This document shows, one piece after another, positions 17,265 to 29,500 of a stretch of 39,238 nt of DNA (its first letter is position 1; every line of letters begins with the position of its first letter). The position numbers and the translations under genes were made by a program. Source of the DNA: Thermodesulfobacteriota bacterium (lineage in GTDB: Bacteria > Desulfobacterota > SM23-61); assembly GCA_049699975.1 (NCBI GenBank), contig JBNAWB010000004.1, forward strand, positions 1 through 39,238. The letters are read 5' to 3'. The notes under the pieces are model-generated. The model searched no databases. It was not told the DNA's origin and saw only the letters and a list, made by a program, of their open reading frames with translations.

Positions 17265-18446
17265 ATGGTACGCAAAAAGTTACTTCCTTTTCCCCTGTCT
17301 CCGCTTTTGTTGCTTACCACTATATTTTATTTGAATTTTGTCTCCCGAGTCATCCTTGCCCCTCTCCTGCCGGTGATCGAATCTGATTTAGGTTTAGGCC
17401 ATGGCCAGGCTGGATCTTTATTTTTTTATATCGCTTGTGGCTACGCTATCGGCCTTGGAGGGTCTGGATTCGTCTCCTCGATGTTGAACCATCGCCGCAC
17501 CATCATTGTCTCCATCTTCTTAGTGGGAGTCTCCATGCTGGGAATTTCCCTCTCTACTTCTCTCTGGGCTATCCGCTTTTTTCTTATTATCTGCGGAATT
17601 TTTGCCGGCCTTTATTTACCATCGGCCATTGCTTCCTTAACAGATTTGACAAGCAGGGAACACTGGGGAAAAGCCATGGCCATCCACGAATTAGGCCCCA
17701 ATTTGGGATTTATCACCGCGCCCCTGATTGCGGAATTCTTATTAAAAATCTTCCATTGGCCAGGTGTTCTCGCCGGCGTAGGGATTTCGGCCGTTTTAAT
17801 GGCCCTTTTGTACTACCGCCGTGGCTGGGGAGGAAAAATTAAAGGAACTCCTCCCAACTGGTCTTCTTTCCAGAAGGTTATCCGAAATCCTTCTTTTGGC
17901 ATGATGGCCTCTTTTTTTATGATCTCCATTGGCTCAAGTCTCGGGGTCTATGCCATGATGCCTCTTTTTATGGTTACGGAGATAGGGTTGCCGCGTACCT
18001 GGGCTAATACCTTGATCGGTCTTTCCCGCATTTTTGGTATCTTAGTCCTTTTCTTTGCTGGTTTAATTACTGATTATCTGGGGGCCAAAAGGGCCATGAC
18101 TATCTTCCTGAGTCTGGCAGGTATATTAATGCTTTTTTTGGGCCTGCTCACTGGACCAATCGTTTCTCCAATACTATTGTTCCTCCAAGCTGCTTCTTCT
18201 GCTTGCCTGTTCCCGGTTGGTTTTACGATTTTATCTTTGGTTTTTCCTCAAGATTTGCGTAGTGTGGGCGTCTCTTTGATCATGTTCGTAGGTTTCATTG
18301 TGGGAGGAGGTATTATTCCTGCGGGTTTAGGATACTGGGCCGAAGCTTTTTCTTTTTCTTCGGGATTCATTCTTTTGGGGGTAATATTTTTATTCATGCT
18401 CCTCATTTTCCACTTAATCATTAAGCGCATCTCTATTTCAATTTGA
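17265..18446 (+). CDS. MFS transporter
   Basis: About 12 hydrophobic helices in 393 aa; GLITDYLGAKR motif-A-like loop; GKAMAIHELG. Confidence 0.9.
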   Translation: MVRKKLLPFPLSPLLLLTTIFYLNFVSRVILAPLLPVIESDLGLGHGQAGSLFFYIACGYAIGLGGSGFVSSMLNHRRTIIVSIFLVGVSMLGISLSTSLWAIRFFLIICGIFAGLYLPSAIASLTDLTSREHWGKAMAIHELGPNLGFITAPLIAEFLLKIFHWPGVLAGVGISAVLMALLYYRRGWGGKIKGTPPNWSSFQKVIRNPSFGMMASFFMISIGSSLGVYAMMPLFMVTEIGLPRTWANTLIGLSRIFGILVLFFAGLITDYLGAKRAMTIFLSLAGILMLFLGLLTGPIVSPILLFLQAASSACLFPVGFTILSLVFPQDLRSVGVSLIMFVGFIVGGGIIPAGLGYWAEAFSFSSGFILLGVIFLFMLLIFHLIIKRISISI

Positions 18447-18644
18447 ATTTCCTCCCAATTTTTTATATCATTAGTTTAAAGATTTTCTTTCAAGATTTGT
18501 TTAAACCAGGGGAAAACCTGTGGCCATTAGGTGATTAATAGACTAAATCAAGAAGATAAAAAATATTTGCGCGAGTTGTTGGAGAGTTAAACATGAACAC
18601 AGTCAATCAAGAAAGGATGAGGTTATATAAAATTCTATCAAAAT

Positions 18645-19952
18645 ATGAAACCCCAGATCATTATAATTGGCGGCGGCTTAGCAGGATGTGAGGCGGCTTG
18701 GCAGGCAGCCCAGCGAGGCGTCTCTGTTCTTCTTTACGAAATGAAGCCCAAACGTTTCTCTCCTGCCCATGTTTCCCCTTTCTTAGGAGAACTTGTCTGC
18801 AGTAATTCTCTTCGTTCAAATTCTATTTATAATGCGGTCGGTTTACTAAAAGAAGAGCTGCGCCGGATGGGCTCTTTGCTTATGGCGGTGGCCGAGGAGA
18901 CTAAAGTTCCCGCGGGAGAGGCTTTAGCCGTAGACCGGCAAGCTTTTGCCTCCCGCCTTACTTCTCTTTTGCAAGAAAATAAAAATATAAAAATTGTCCG
19001 GGAGGAAATTACCCGCTTACCGGAGGAAGGCATAATCATTGTAGCTACCGGACCTTTAACTTCTCCGGCCTTGGCGGAAAACTTAAAGATAATCACGGGA
19101 GCTGAATATCTCTATTTCTATGATGCTATTGCTCCTATTGTTGACGGAGATTCTCTCAATATGGAAATTATCTTTCGAGCGTCTCGGTATGGACAGGGAA
19201 ATGACTATTTAAACTGCCCCCTCAACCAAGAAGAATACTATCGCTTCGTCGATGAATTGTTAAAAGGGGAAAAGGTCCCCTACCGCGATTTTGAACACCC
19301 TATTCACTTTGAAGGATGTTTACCTATTGAGGAAATGGCCCAAAGAGGCCGGGAAACTTTAGCTCATGGTCCTCTAAAACCCGTGGGCCTCATTGATCCT
19401 CGGACTGGGAAAGTGCCTTACGCCGTAGTCCAACTGCGCCAAGAAGATCTGGCTGGTTCAGCCTACAATATGGTTGGATTCCAGACTAAACTAAAATGGC
19501 CTGAACAGGAGCGCATTTTCCGCTTGATCCCTGGGTTAGCGGAGGCCAAATTTTTGCGCTTTGGGAGTATGCATCGTAATACCTATATTCACGCTCCTTC
19601 GTTACTTAAAAAATCCCTGCAACTTAAAAAAGAAGAGCGCATCTTTTTTGCTGGCCAGATTACTGGTGTCGAAGGGTACGTGGAATCAACAGCTATGGGG
19701 TTGATGGCCGGAATTAATGCTGCTCTCTTCGCCCAGCAAAAATCTCTCGCTGTGCCCCCTTCGACAACCGCCCTCGGTAGCCTTTTGCAATACATCACGA
19801 ATCCCCAAACCAAGGAATTTACGCCCATGAACATTAACTTCGGCCTCTTCCCCGCCTTGCCCCATCCATGGAAAGGAGAAAAAAAACATAAAGCCTTAGC
19901 TGAACGTGCTTTGCATGATTTAGAAGAATGGAAAGCGAGTTTATCCTTGTAG
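18645..19952 (+). CDS. trmFO: Folate/FAD-dependent tRNA m5U54 methyltransferase TrmFO (Gid)
   Basis: [66 protein letters not shown]. Confidence 0.97.
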   Translation: MKPQIIIIGGGLAGCEAAWQAAQRGVSVLLYEMKPKRFSPAHVSPFLGELVCSNSLRSNSIYNAVGLLKEELRRMGSLLMAVAEETKVPAGEALAVDRQAFASRLTSLLQENKNIKIVREEITRLPEEGIIIVATGPLTSPALAENLKIITGAEYLYFYDAIAPIVDGDSLNMEIIFRASRYGQGNDYLNCPLNQEEYYRFVDELLKGEKVPYRDFEHPIHFEGCLPIEEMAQRGRETLAHGPLKPVGLIDPRTGKVPYAVVQLRQEDLAGSAYNMVGFQTKLKWPEQERIFRLIPGLAEAKFLRFGSMHRNTYIHAPSLLKKSLQLKKEERIFFAGQITGVEGYVESTAMGLMAGINAALFAQQKSLAVPPSTTALGSLLQYITNPQTKEFTPMNINFGLFPALPHPWKGEKKHKALAERALHDLEEWKASLSL

Positions 19953-21064
19953 GTGCTGGCCCGGCCGGCTCTACTTTGGCTTATGAGCTGGCCAGCCAAG
20001 GAAGAGGAGTTATCCTTTTAGACAAAGCTAAATTCCCCCGCCGCAAGACTTGTGCGGGCGGCTTGAATATTCGCGCTCTGCGCCTCCTGCCTTTTAGCCT
20101 GGAAGGCGTAATAGAAAATTATATTACGGGCATAAATTTTACTCGCCATTTAACATCGTCTGGCTTAAGACACTCTCCTGAGCCATTCATGGTTACGGTA
20201 CGGCGCGAAAATTTTGATTATTTTTTGCTCCAACAAGCGCAGAGACGAGGGGCTATATTTCTGGAGCAGATCCAATGGCATTCTCTTTATCAAGATGAAC
20301 TGGGCGTAGAAATAGAAACTTCGGCCGGCCGCATCAGGGCCAAGTTTCTGATTGGGGCTGATGGGGCCCAGAGTCAGGTGGCCAGAAAATTAGGTTTGCA
20401 AGAAGGGCGGACATATATTTTAGCTTTCCACAGTGAGATTCCCTCTTCTATATTCCCAGAACAGCCCAAGGAGATTATCCACATAGACTGGGGAAGTGTT
20501 AAAAGAAGTTATGCTTACCTTTTCCCCAAGAATAATTATTTAGCTTTGGGCGCAGGGGGTTACCAAATCTCCGCTTTAGAATTAAGAAAATATCACCGAG
20601 CCTTTTTATTTAGTCATTGGCGGAGAGAAGAGGAAAATATTCCCTTTAGCGCCCCTGGCTTTTTCCTTCCTTTAAGGAATAAAAGAAGCCCGATCCATAA
20701 GGGGCGCTGCCTGCTCATAGGCGATGCGGCGGGCTTAGTTGATCCATTTACTGGAGAAGGAATATATTCCGCCATCCGCAGTGCTCAAATTGTCGCCCCA
20801 CTTTTACTTGAAGCGCTGCAAAAAAATTGGTCCAGTTTGCAACCAGGCCAAGAGGCCATAGACTATTATTTAATGCCCGAATTAGAAAGCGCGCGGCTTT
20901 TCCGGGAGATTTTTAATCTATGGCCCTCTTTCTTCCATAAGCGCGTGATGAAAAGAGATCGCTGGTGGAGAGGGCTGGTTAAAATTTTAAAAGGAGAGAA
21001 GAGTTTTTTAGATGTGCGCAAAAAATTAGGGCCAGGGGGCGCTTTACTTTCTTTAATCTTATAA
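19928..21064 (+). CDS. Geranylgeranyl reductase family FAD-dependent oxidoreductase
   Basis: [37 protein letters not shown]; overlaps trmFO by 25 nt. Confidence 0.9.
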   Translation: MESEFILVGAGPAGSTLAYELASQGRGVILLDKAKFPRRKTCAGGLNIRALRLLPFSLEGVIENYITGINFTRHLTSSGLRHSPEPFMVTVRRENFDYFLLQQAQRRGAIFLEQIQWHSLYQDELGVEIETSAGRIRAKFLIGADGAQSQVARKLGLQEGRTYILAFHSEIPSSIFPEQPKEIIHIDWGSVKRSYAYLFPKNNYLALGAGGYQISALELRKYHRAFLFSHWRREEENIPFSAPGFFLPLRNKRSPIHKGRCLLIGDAAGLVDPFTGEGIYSAIRSAQIVAPLLLEALQKNWSSLQPGQEAIDYYLMPELESARLFREIFNLWPSFFHKRVMKRDRWWRGLVKILKGEKSFLDVRKKLGPGGALLSLIL

Positions 21065-22216
21065 TCCCATCTTCCTACCCACGATCTCTTTGAGGATTTC
21101 TGAAGTTCCGCCGCCGATGGCATTTAAACGCAGATCCCGGAAATATCTTTCCACTTCATATTCCCGCATATACCCATAACCCCCGTGAAGCTGCAGACAG
21201 GTAGTAGCCACATAATCAGCAGTCTTGGAGGCAAAAATTTTGGCCATGGACACTTCGCGAGCGCAATCTTCCTCATTGACCATCTTTCTTAAAGCTAAGT
21301 AATTGAGTTGGCGAGCAGCTTCAATCTCTATAGCCATATCCACCATTTTATGCCGGCTCACTTGAAATTTACTAATCGGCCGACCAAAGGCTTCCCGCTG
21401 CTGAATATAGTTTTGCGTCTTTTCTAAGAGGAGCTGAGCACTATAAACCGCCCCCAGGGCCATAAGGAGTCTTTCCCATTCCAGGTTTTTCATGATCATA
21501 TAAAAGCCCGCTCCTTCTTCTCCTAAACGATTTGCTACAGGCACGACTACATTTTCAAAAGTCAATTCTGCTGTATCGCCCGCCTGCCATCCTAATTTTT
21601 CTAAAGGCATTCCTTGCTTAAATCCGGGCATCCCCTTCTCCACGATGAGCAGGGAAAATCCTTTATAACCCGCGGCAGGATCGGTTTTACAGAGGACAAT
21701 TACAAAATCTGCGCGTTGACCATTAGTAATGAATGTCTTTGAGCCGTTGAGAAGGTAATAATCACCCTCCCGTTTGGCCCGCGAATGAATATTCGCCAGA
21801 TCTGACCCGCCCACAGGCTCAGTGAGAGCCAAGGCGCCGATTTTTTCCCCTTTGACCCCTGGCGGAAGAAACCTTTCTTTTTGTTCGGTATTTCCATATT
21901 TGCTAATGGCGGGCAAGACGCACTGGCCGTGCATATTCAATCCGGCAGCTACTCCTGCTGAGCCAATGCGCGAACTTTCTTCTCCCCAAACAGCGGCCAT
22001 TAAATAATCCCCTCCGGCACCTCCGTAATCCTCCGGAATGAGGATGCCTAAATAACCCCTCTCCCCCACTTGCCGGAAAACCTCATTGGGAAAAAATTTG
22101 TTTTCTTCCCACTCTTTGGCCCGCGGAGCCAGCTCCCTTTCTACAAAACGGCGGCATTGCTGCCGGAAAAGGTCGTGTTCTTCTCCAAAAGGACTGAGGG
22201 GCATGCGGTTAGGCAT
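21059..22216 (-). CDS. Acyl-CoA dehydrogenase
   Basis: ALTEPVGGSD, LNGSKTFITNG, RLGEEGAGF, REAFGRPI, QLHGGYGY, GGGTSEI. Confidence 0.95.
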   Translation of the reverse strand: MPNRMPLSPFGEEHDLFRQQCRRFVERELAPRAKEWEENKFFPNEVFRQVGERGYLGILIPEDYGGAGGDYLMAAVWGEESSRIGSAGVAAGLNMHGQCVLPAISKYGNTEQKERFLPPGVKGEKIGALALTEPVGGSDLANIHSRAKREGDYYLLNGSKTFITNGQRADFVIVLCKTDPAAGYKGFSLLIVEKGMPGFKQGMPLEKLGWQAGDTAELTFENVVVPVANRLGEEGAGFYMIMKNLEWERLLMALGAVYSAQLLLEKTQNYIQQREAFGRPISKFQVSRHKMVDMAIEIEAARQLNYLALRKMVNEEDCAREVSMAKIFASKTADYVATTCLQLHGGYGYMREYEVERYFRDLRLNAIGGGTSEILKEIVGRKMGL

Positions 22217-22219
22217 ATT

Positions 22220-22990
22220 TTACTTCCTTCTGTTTCTCTCGTAGATTAAGCGTAATCCTTCCAGGGTTAAAAATTCATCAACTTCATCGATACTTCTGGA
22301 TTCGGCAGCAATCAAAGGGGCCAATCCGCCCGTGGCAATCACGCGGGGATTGGTACCAACTTCTTCTCTCATCCGGCGCACAAGCTCATCCACTAATCCC
22401 GCATAACCAAAAATAATGCCCGCTTGCATAGAATGAACTGTATTCTTACCCACGACGCTTTTAGGCCGCACTAACTCCACCCGCGGAAGTTTAGAAGCCC
22501 GCATAAATAGAGCCTCGCTGGCAATTCCTAAGCCCGGGGCAATTGCGCCACCCATATATTCCCCTTGAGGAGAAATATAATCAAAGGTGGTGGCTGTCCC
22601 AAAATCTACTACAATTAGACTGCGTCTATGTTTATGAAAGGCGGCCACGGCATTAACTATGCGGTCAGCTCCTACTTCGGCAGGATTATCAGTTAAAATC
22701 GGCATACCTGTATCCACCCCAAATTCAACTACTAACGGCTCAAGGCGAAAGTATTTTTGGGAAAGTTCCAGAAGAGTATTTAACATGGGCGGGACTACGC
22801 AGGAAACAGCGATCGCTTCGATCTCGCCCAGAGAAATGGACCGGGAGGCGAAAAGATTACGTACTAAAATACCGTATTCGTCGCTCGTCCTCTCCCTTTC
22901 GGTCCAGATGCGCCAATTATCAACTAACCGCGATCCGGCATAAATTCCTAAGACCGTATTAGTATTGCCCACGTCGATAACTAAAAGCAT
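22220..22990 (-). CDS. coaX: Type III pantothenate kinase
   Basis: [39 protein letters not shown]. Confidence 0.97.
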   Translation of the reverse strand: MLLVIDVGNTNTVLGIYAGSRLVDNWRIWTERERTSDEYGILVRNLFASRSISLGEIEAIAVSCVVPPMLNTLLELSQKYFRLEPLVVEFGVDTGMPILTDNPAEVGADRIVNAVAAFHKHRRSLIVVDFGTATTFDYISPQGEYMGGAIAPGLGIASEALFMRASKLPRVELVRPKSVVGKNTVHSMQAGIIFGYAGLVDELVRRMREEVGTNPRVIATGGLAPLIAAESRSIDEVDEFLTLEGLRLIYERNRRK

Positions 22991-23019
22991 AATTCACTCC
23001 TTGGCCCGGTGGCGGAAAA

Positions 23020-23814
23020 TTAAAAGCGTAAACTCACTTCTCCGGCTAAAAATCGACTCACTTTTCCCTGTCCATTCTGGACCAGCAGAGCTCCTTCTTC
23101 ATCCAGGCCCAATGCTTTACCTTCGTATATTTTATCCAAGAACTTTATGGCTACCCACTTTTGGTTTATGGCCGAAAGTTCCTCCCATTTGGCGCGCAGG
23201 CGGGAGGAAAAACCTTCGCGCCTAAAAAGTAGATACTCTTCTTCTAAGTTTTTTAATAATTCTTGCGCAATATCAGCTCGCCCAAATTTTTCTCCTTTTT
23301 CTGCATAAAGGGAAGTGGCTGTTTCTCTGATTTCCAGAGGCATCTCTGAATTAGGCCAATTGACATTTACCCCTATGCCCAAAATAACAAAACCCTTCGT
23401 TGTTTCACTCTCGGCCAATATACCAGCGACTTTTCTTTCTCGAATTAAAAGATCGTTGGGCCACTTAATCTTAACTTCTAACCCAGTTTTGTTCCGCAGA
23501 GCTTCGGCACAGGCCACTCCGGCCATTAAGGTGAGGACCGCAATTTTCTCTTTAGCCACTGCGGGGCGGAGAAGGACAGAAAAATACAAGTTTAAGCCAG
23601 GAGGAGAAACCCAATTCCTTCCGCGGCGGCCTTTCCCCTGAGATTGGGCATCTGCTAAGACGACTAAACCTTCAGGAGCTCCCTGAAGTGCTTGGGCATG
23701 GGCGACTGTATTCGTGGAATCGATCTGCTGGAAGAATAATATTACCCCCCCAATTAACTTTCCTTGGCGCGCTCGGCGCAGTTCTTCTACCCATTTTAAC
23801 TGATCTTCAATCAT
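23020..23814 (-). CDS. birA: Biotin--[acetyl-CoA carboxylase] ligase lacking the N-terminal HTH
   Basis: DSTN, QSQGKGRRGRNWVSP, IKWPND, KVAGILAE, GIGVNVN. Start may be ATG 23814 or TTG 23823. Confidence 0.95.
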   Translation of the reverse strand: MIEDQLKWVEELRRARQGKLIGGVILFFQQIDSTNTVAHAQALQGAPEGLVVLADAQSQGKGRRGRNWVSPPGLNLYFSVLLRPAVAKEKIAVLTLMAGVACAEALRNKTGLEVKIKWPNDLLIRERKVAGILAESETTKGFVILGIGVNVNWPNSEMPLEIRETATSLYAEKGEKFGRADIAQELLKNLEEEYLLFRREGFSSRLRAKWEELSAINQKWVAIKFLDKIYEGKALGLDEEGALLVQNGQGKVSRFLAGEVSLRF

Positions 23815-23886
23815 GATGACCAAATAGCTGGTATCTGATCTTGCTCAGGATGAAAAACGATTATAAGGTTTTAAAAAAATCTAACT

Positions 23887-24858
23887 CTAATCCAAAAGGC
23901 GTGCGGCATCTTTGGCAAAATAAGTCAAGATTAAGTCCGCCCCTGCTCTTTTGATGGCGGTCAAAACTTCCATCATTACCCGTTCTTCATCTAACCACCC
24001 TTTTTGAGCCGCCGCTTTAATCATGGCATATTCCCCGCTCACGTTATAAGCAGCCACAGGTAGGTTAAATTCCTGCCTTACGGCGCGGATTATGTCCAAG
24101 TAGGGAAGAGCTGGTTTGACCATGATGATGTCTGCTCCTTCCTGAACATCTAAGCCAACTTCGCGCAGCGCTTCGCGGGCATTCGCTGGATCCATCTGGT
24201 AGGAACGACGGTCACCAAATTGGGGAGTGGATTCTGCTGCTTCCCGGAAGGGGCCATAAAAAGCTGAGGCATGCTTCGCCGCGTAAGCCATGATGGGCAG
24301 GTCACTAAAACCGTGCTGGTCAAGAGTCTCGCGGATAACTTTTACTCGGCCATCCATCATATCTGAAGGAGCGACCATGTCCGCCCCTGCCTGGGCATGG
24401 GAAAGCGCGGTTTTAGCCAACAGTTCTAAAGTAGCATCATTATCCACTTCCCCCTTAACGACCACCCCACAATGTCCATGGCTGGTATATTCACATAGGC
24501 AAACATCGGTGATCACGACGAGTTCCGGTGTTTTGTCTTTAATGGCCTTCAGGGCTTGTTGGATAATGCCGGAACGGGCGTAAGCTTCGCTGGCTTTGAC
24601 ATCTTTCTTCTTGGGAATGCCAAAAAGAATGATGGCCGGTATTCCCAATTGTTTAGCTTCGGTAGCTTCTTTAACAGCCAAATCAATGGAAAGCTGCGCT
24701 ACACCCGGCATGGAACTAATCTCCCGTCTAAGGCCCCGGCCATGAGTCACGAAAAGAGGATAAATAAAATCATCGCGAGAAAGTTTTGTTTCCCTGATCA
24801 TGCGGCGCAGATTTTCATTTTTCCTTAAGCGCCGCGGTCGATATATGGGGAAATACAT
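23887..24858 (-). CDS. hemB: Porphobilinogen synthase (Zn-type)
   Basis: [49 protein letters not shown]. Confidence 0.98.
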   Translation of the reverse strand: MYFPIYRPRRLRKNENLRRMIRETKLSRDDFIYPLFVTHGRGLRREISSMPGVAQLSIDLAVKEATEAKQLGIPAIILFGIPKKKDVKASEAYARSGIIQQALKAIKDKTPELVVITDVCLCEYTSHGHCGVVVKGEVDNDATLELLAKTALSHAQAGADMVAPSDMMDGRVKVIRETLDQHGFSDLPIMAYAAKHASAFYGPFREAAESTPQFGDRRSYQMDPANAREALREVGLDVQEGADIIMVKPALPYLDIIRAVRQEFNLPVAAYNVSGEYAMIKAAAQKGWLDEERVMMEVLTAIKRAGADLILTYFAKDAARLLD

Positions 24859-24894
24859 GAGGCACCTCTTTTGGTCTTATTAAAATTAATATAC

Positions 24895-27576
24895 TCAAAT
24901 TTCTTTCATCCACGCCTGCACTCTCTTTAATCCCTCCTGCAGCTTGGTTATCTTCTCGGTCAGCAGGCGCGCTTTTTCTTTCTCCTTAAGCACTGCCTCG
25001 GGGCGAGCTTTTTGCAGAAATTCCTCATTATGCAGCTTTAAGTTTGCTCGCGCTAATTCTTCTTCGATCTTGTTAATTTCTTTTTTAATGCGCTTTTCTT
25101 CCTCATCTAATTGGATCAGTCCTTGGAGGGGCAAAAATACCTCTACCGGCCCAATTACGGCCGTGGCCGAGGCTTTTGGTTTTTCTCCCCCAGACTGCCA
25201 GGTAATCTTGTTGGCTAAAGCTAAATTTTCCATGTATATTTGATTTTGTTGGAGATTGTTTAAAACTTGCTGATCATGCACATCTAAAATTACCTCCACT
25301 TTCCGCGAGGGAGCGATATTCAGCTCACTGCGGAGGTTGCGAATCGAGCTGATTATCTCCATGATTAGCTCCATCTCCGCCTCCACTTCGCTTTGGATTT
25401 CTTCTTCGTGGACGCGGGGAAATTCGGCAATCATGATGGAACCTTCATTCTCAGGAAGGTTCTGCCAAATTTCTTCGGTAATGAAGGGCATAAAGGGATG
25501 GAGTAAGCGGAGGGAAATATCTAAAACCCGGCGGAGCGTATGTTGGGCCAACCAACGCTGATCAGCATTATTTTTCTGATTGAGAACAGGTTTGATTAAC
25601 TCAATATACCAATCACAAAATTCATGCCAAAGGAATTGGTAGATGGCGGAGGCGGCCTCGTTAAATTTATAGCTATCCAGGCTTTGGCGGACCTCTTTGA
25701 TCGTCCGGTTTACGCGACTTAATATCCAGCGATCAGCTAAAGACAATTTTCCTTTAATTTCTTCTCCTTTCCCGCGGTGGTTATAATCTTGCAAATTGGT
25801 CAAAGTAAAGCGGGAGGCATTCCAAATTTTGTTAGCAAAATTGCGATAACCCGCCAGACGTTCTTCAGATAAGCGAATATCTCTTCCTTGGGCGGCAAAG
25901 GCAGCTAAAGTAAAGCGGAAAGCATCTGTCCCAAATTTTTCAATAACTACTAAAGGATCGACCACGTTCCCTTTAGACTTACTCATTTTTTGCCCTTCCG
26001 CGTCCCGGACTAAGGCATGGATGTAAACATCTCGGAAGGGAACTTGGCCCATAAATTTGATGCCCATCATCATCATCCGGGCTACCCAGAAGAACAAAAT
26101 ATCAAACCCAGTTACCAAAACCGAAGTAGGATAAAAGACTTCTAAATCCCTTGTCTTTTTTGGCCATCCCAAGGTAGAAAAAGGCCAAAGGGCAGAACTA
26201 AACCAAGTATCTAAGACATCTTGCTCTTGTTCTAAGTGATTGCTACCGCAAAAAGCACACTTCTTAACCTCGGCGGTGGAGACATTAATTTCCCCGCAGC
26301 CTAGGCAATACCAAGCTGGGATTCTATGGCCCCACCAGATTTGCCGCGAAATACACCAGTCCCGAATATTGTTCATCCATTCAAAATAGGTATTTTCCCA
26401 TATGGCGGGGATAATCCTTGTTTCCCCTTTCTGGACTGCTTCGATGGCCGGTTCGGCTAAAGGTTTGGTGCGCACAAACCACTGTTTGGAAACAGTGGGT
26501 TCAATAATAGTTTTGCAGCGATAGCAATGGCCCACATTATGCAAGAAAGGCTCTATCTTTCTCATTAAGTTCAAATTCTTCAAATCCTTGACTACTTCTT
26601 TACGGCACTGGAAGCGCGATTGGCCAGCATAACGGCCGGCGTTTTCGTTCATCCGCCCCGCATCATCAATGACGCGAATAACTTCCAGACCATGACGCCG
26701 GCCAATTTCAAAGTCATTAGCGTCATGTGCTGGGGTGACTTTTAATGCTCCCGTACCAAAATCTTGGGCGACATAGCTATCGGCGATAATCGGTATCTTG
26801 CGATTCATCAAAGGCAGAATTACTTTCCGTCCGATGAACTTCATATACCGTCTATCTTCTGGATGCACGGCCACGGCCGTATCTCCCAACATGGTCTCCG
26901 GCCTGGTGGTAGCGACCACTAAAAACTCTTTAGCGTCCTCTAAAGGGTATTTAATATAATAAAGTTGGCCTTCCTCTTGTTCATGTTCCACTTCTAAATC
27001 GGAAAGCGCCGTCTGACAGCGGGGACACCAATTAATAATATAATCTCCGCGGTAAATTAAACCCTCCTGGAATAATCTCACGAAGACTTCCTTTACGGCT
27101 AAGGATAGCCCTTCATCCATAGTAAATCTTTCGCGACTCCAATCACAGGAGCTGCCCAATTTCTTTAATTGCTTGATAATTTGGCCTCCGTATTCTTGCT
27201 TCCATTTCCAGACCCGTTCGATAAAAGCTTCCCGACCCAATTTATGCCGGTCAGTTCCTTCTTCGGCTAACTGTTTTTCCACTACATTTTGGGTAGCTAT
27301 TCCCGCGTGGTCTGTTCCCGGCAACCAAAGGACATTATACCCGTCCATCCTTTTGTAGCGCGCCAGGATGTCTTGTAAAGTATTATTTAGGGCATGCCCC
27401 ATATGTAAAGAACCCGTTACATTCGGAGGAGGAATGACGATAGAAAATGGGGGCTTGGGAGAATATTCATCCGCCCGGAATAAGTTTTTCTCCTCCCAAA
27501 ACTGATACCATTTTTCCTCTACTTCTTGCGGCTCAAAAACTTTTTTCCAACTTTCTATTTGTTTCTCTTTTTTCAC
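24895..27576 (-). CDS. valS: Valine--tRNA ligase
   Basis: [43 protein letters not shown]; C-terminal coiled coil. Confidence 0.99.
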   Translation of the reverse strand: MKKEKQIESWKKVFEPQEVEEKWYQFWEEKNLFRADEYSPKPPFSIVIPPPNVTGSLHMGHALNNTLQDILARYKRMDGYNVLWLPGTDHAGIATQNVVEKQLAEEGTDRHKLGREAFIERVWKWKQEYGGQIIKQLKKLGSSCDWSRERFTMDEGLSLAVKEVFVRLFQEGLIYRGDYIINWCPRCQTALSDLEVEHEQEEGQLYYIKYPLEDAKEFLVVATTRPETMLGDTAVAVHPEDRRYMKFIGRKVILPLMNRKIPIIADSYVAQDFGTGALKVTPAHDANDFEIGRRHGLEVIRVIDDAGRMNENAGRYAGQSRFQCRKEVVKDLKNLNLMRKIEPFLHNVGHCYRCKTIIEPTVSKQWFVRTKPLAEPAIEAVQKGETRIIPAIWENTYFEWMNNIRDWCISRQIWWGHRIPAWYCLGCGEINVSTAEVKKCAFCGSNHLEQEQDVLDTWFSSALWPFSTLGWPKKTRDLEVFYPTSVLVTGFDILFFWVARMMMMGIKFMGQVPFRDVYIHALVRDAEGQKMSKSKGNVVDPLVVIEKFGTDAFRFTLAAFAAQGRDIRLSEERLAGYRNFANKIWNASRFTLTNLQDYNHRGKGEEIKGKLSLADRWILSRVNRTIKEVRQSLDSYKFNEAASAIYQFLWHEFCDWYIELIKPVLNQKNNADQRWLAQHTLRRVLDISLRLLHPFMPFITEEIWQNLPENEGSIMIAEFPRVHEEEIQSEVEAEMELIMEIISSIRNLRSELNIAPSRKVEVILDVHDQQVLNNLQQNQIYMENLALANKITWQSGGEKPKASATAVIGPVEVFLPLQGLIQLDEEEKRIKKEINKIEEELARANLKLHNEEFLQKARPEAVLKEKEKARLLTEKITKLQEGLKRVQAWMKEI

Positions 27577-28346
27577 GCTTGCTCCTCGACCTCTCCTTTA
27601 AGTTTGGCTATTTCTTTCTTTAATACAGCGACCGCGATCTCAGGAAACATTTCCCGAGCTTTGTTGGCTAAGATGGCCTTCCCTTCTTGGGCCAGCCAGG
27701 ATTCCATTTGGCCAACCCAGCTTTCTTGTTCCGCTTTGAGTTTTACCCATTCTGTTTGCCATTTTTCTATCTCTTGGCTCATCATTGTTTGGACAATCTG
27801 GGGCAAGGCCTCAGCTACGTTCTCTTTTAAAATAGAGATTCCTTCTGCCTGGAACCATTGCTCTGCTTTATTATTGAGGGCCTCGCGCAGCCCCCTAATT
27901 TTCTCTACCTCTTCCTGCAACTTATTTATCTCTTTGCCTAATAATTCTTCCCCGATCTTCGGCAGCATGTCGCCCGTTTCTTTCTTCAATAATTCCCTTC
28001 CTTCGCCATCTATCCACTCTCTTATTTTAGCACTCAACCCTTCTTTGAGAACTCTAATTTTTTCTACCTCGCTTTTTAATTTCTCTAATTCCCGACTTAA
28101 TTCCTCTCCAAAAATCGGCGGCACTATCTCCCGGATCCCTTGGTTGAGGATCTGCACTCCTTCGGTGGCCAGCCATTTTTCTACCCGCTCCCTCGTTTCT
28201 TCTCTAATTTTTGCCACTTCCTTTTCATAATTGGGCGGGCCTCCGGGCTCATTTTCTTTAAGCTTAGCAGACGCCAAAGTTTCTTCCCTAACGGGCTCGG
28301 CCCATACTTCTGTCAATTCAATGATTTCTTCTTCCTCTTTTTTCAT
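27573..28346 (-). CDS. Acidic helical-repeat protein with four 53-aa repeats (RomR C-terminal/PopZ-like)
   Basis: N-terminal [11 protein letters not shown]; W-x3-EG...P.I......EI.KL repeated at an exact 53-aa period; stop overlaps the valS start; SD GAGGT. Confidence 0.8.
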   Translation of the reverse strand: MKKEEEEIIELTEVWAEPVREETLASAKLKENEPGGPPNYEKEVAKIREETRERVEKWLATEGVQILNQGIREIVPPIFGEELSRELEKLKSEVEKIRVLKEGLSAKIREWIDGEGRELLKKETGDMLPKIGEELLGKEINKLQEEVEKIRGLREALNNKAEQWFQAEGISILKENVAEALPQIVQTMMSQEIEKWQTEWVKLKAEQESWVGQMESWLAQEGKAILANKAREMFPEIAVAVLKKEIAKLKGEVEEQA

Positions 28347-28400
28347 TTTAACCTCTTTTTTATTTACTTCCTTAGGCTAAGCTGTTTTTTAGAAAAAAGT

Positions 28401-29441
28401 TTAAATAATCAACCACGGCTGGGGAAGGAAAATCTTCTCATAGAGTTTAAAAGCATAGCGGTCGGTCATCCCCGCGATAAAATCCACAATAGACCTCTCG
28501 ATCGGCTCATGGAGGAACCCACCTCCTACTTCCCGGCGAAATTCTTCCTTGTTGTCTACAAAATAAGCATAAAGCTCGCGAATAATTTTTGCGGATTTGA
28601 TGAAGTCATTATGTACTTCCGGCAAATCATATACGCGATCATATAAAAAGTCGCGGAGTTTCAGAGTGGCCTCCAAGATAGGTTCGCTCATCTTTATTTG
28701 CAAAGGCTCAGATTTCTGCGCCTGTTCCAGAATATCGCGCACCATGGTATCTATTCTTTGGCTATGAGTATCTCCCAAGTATTTTACGCATTCTGGCGGA
28801 ATATCCTGCGCCGATATCAATCCCGCCCGTTGGGCATCATCAAGGTCATGATTAACATAAGCGATGATGTCGGCCATGCGGACCAGCCTGCCCTCGTAAG
28901 TAATAGGCAAATCTTCAGGATCATTGGGTAAGAGATCTCCTTTGCCCTTAGAATGTTTGAGGATACCGTCTCTTACCTCGTAAGTTAAGTTTAACCCTTG
29001 GCCGTCTTTTTCTAATAAGTCCACCACCCGCAAGCTTTGGGCGGCGTGGTGAAACCCATCCGGACTAATTTCTCTTAGAATCTCCTCGCCCGCATGGCCG
29101 AAAGGCGTGTGCCCGAGATCGTGTCCTAAAGCAATAGCTTCAGTAAGGTCTTCATTCAAGCCCAAGGCTTTGGCCATCGTGCGCGCTATTTGGGCCACCT
29201 CCAAAGTGTGGGTGAGGCGGGTCCGATAATGGTCTCCGCTGGGGGCTAAGAAAACTTGAGTTTTGTGTTTAAGACGACGAAAAGATTTGGAGTGAATGAT
29301 CCGGTCGCGGTCATGCTGAAAAGCAGGCCGAATACTGCATTCTTCTTCTGGCGCCCTCCGTCCCCGAGTTTGAGCGCTCAGTTGCGCATAAGGAGAAAGA
29401 ATTTTTTTTTCTTTTTCTTCCAGCATCTGCCGAATAGTCAT
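28401..29441 (-). CDS. dgt: Deoxyguanosinetriphosphate triphosphohydrolase-like HD protein
   Basis: [56 protein letters not shown] at 29441 is preferred. Confidence 0.95.
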   Translation of the reverse strand: MTIRQMLEEKEKKILSPYAQLSAQTRGRRAPEEECSIRPAFQHDRDRIIHSKSFRRLKHKTQVFLAPSGDHYRTRLTHTLEVAQIARTMAKALGLNEDLTEAIALGHDLGHTPFGHAGEEILREISPDGFHHAAQSLRVVDLLEKDGQGLNLTYEVRDGILKHSKGKGDLLPNDPEDLPITYEGRLVRMADIIAYVNHDLDDAQRAGLISAQDIPPECVKYLGDTHSQRIDTMVRDILEQAQKSEPLQIKMSEPILEATLKLRDFLYDRVYDLPEVHNDFIKSAKIIRELYAYFVDNKEEFRREVGGGFLHEPIERSIVDFIAGMTDRYAFKLYEKIFLPQPWLII

Positions 29442-29500
29442 GGGCTCCTTACCGGGCAATAGGAATTTACAAAAAGGCCAGGATGAGTTAATATCGAATT

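Noticed and set aside
18531-18691. Mini-ORFs upstream of and overlapping trmFO (VINRLNQEDKKYLRELLES; MNTVNQER...)
   Set aside because: Too short to support from sequence alone; may be a gene remnant or chance.
27526-28230. 234-aa plus-strand ORF
   Set aside because: Antisense shadow of the Glu/Lys-rich repeat gene; its Ser/Phe/Leu bias is what the reverse complement would give; no SD.
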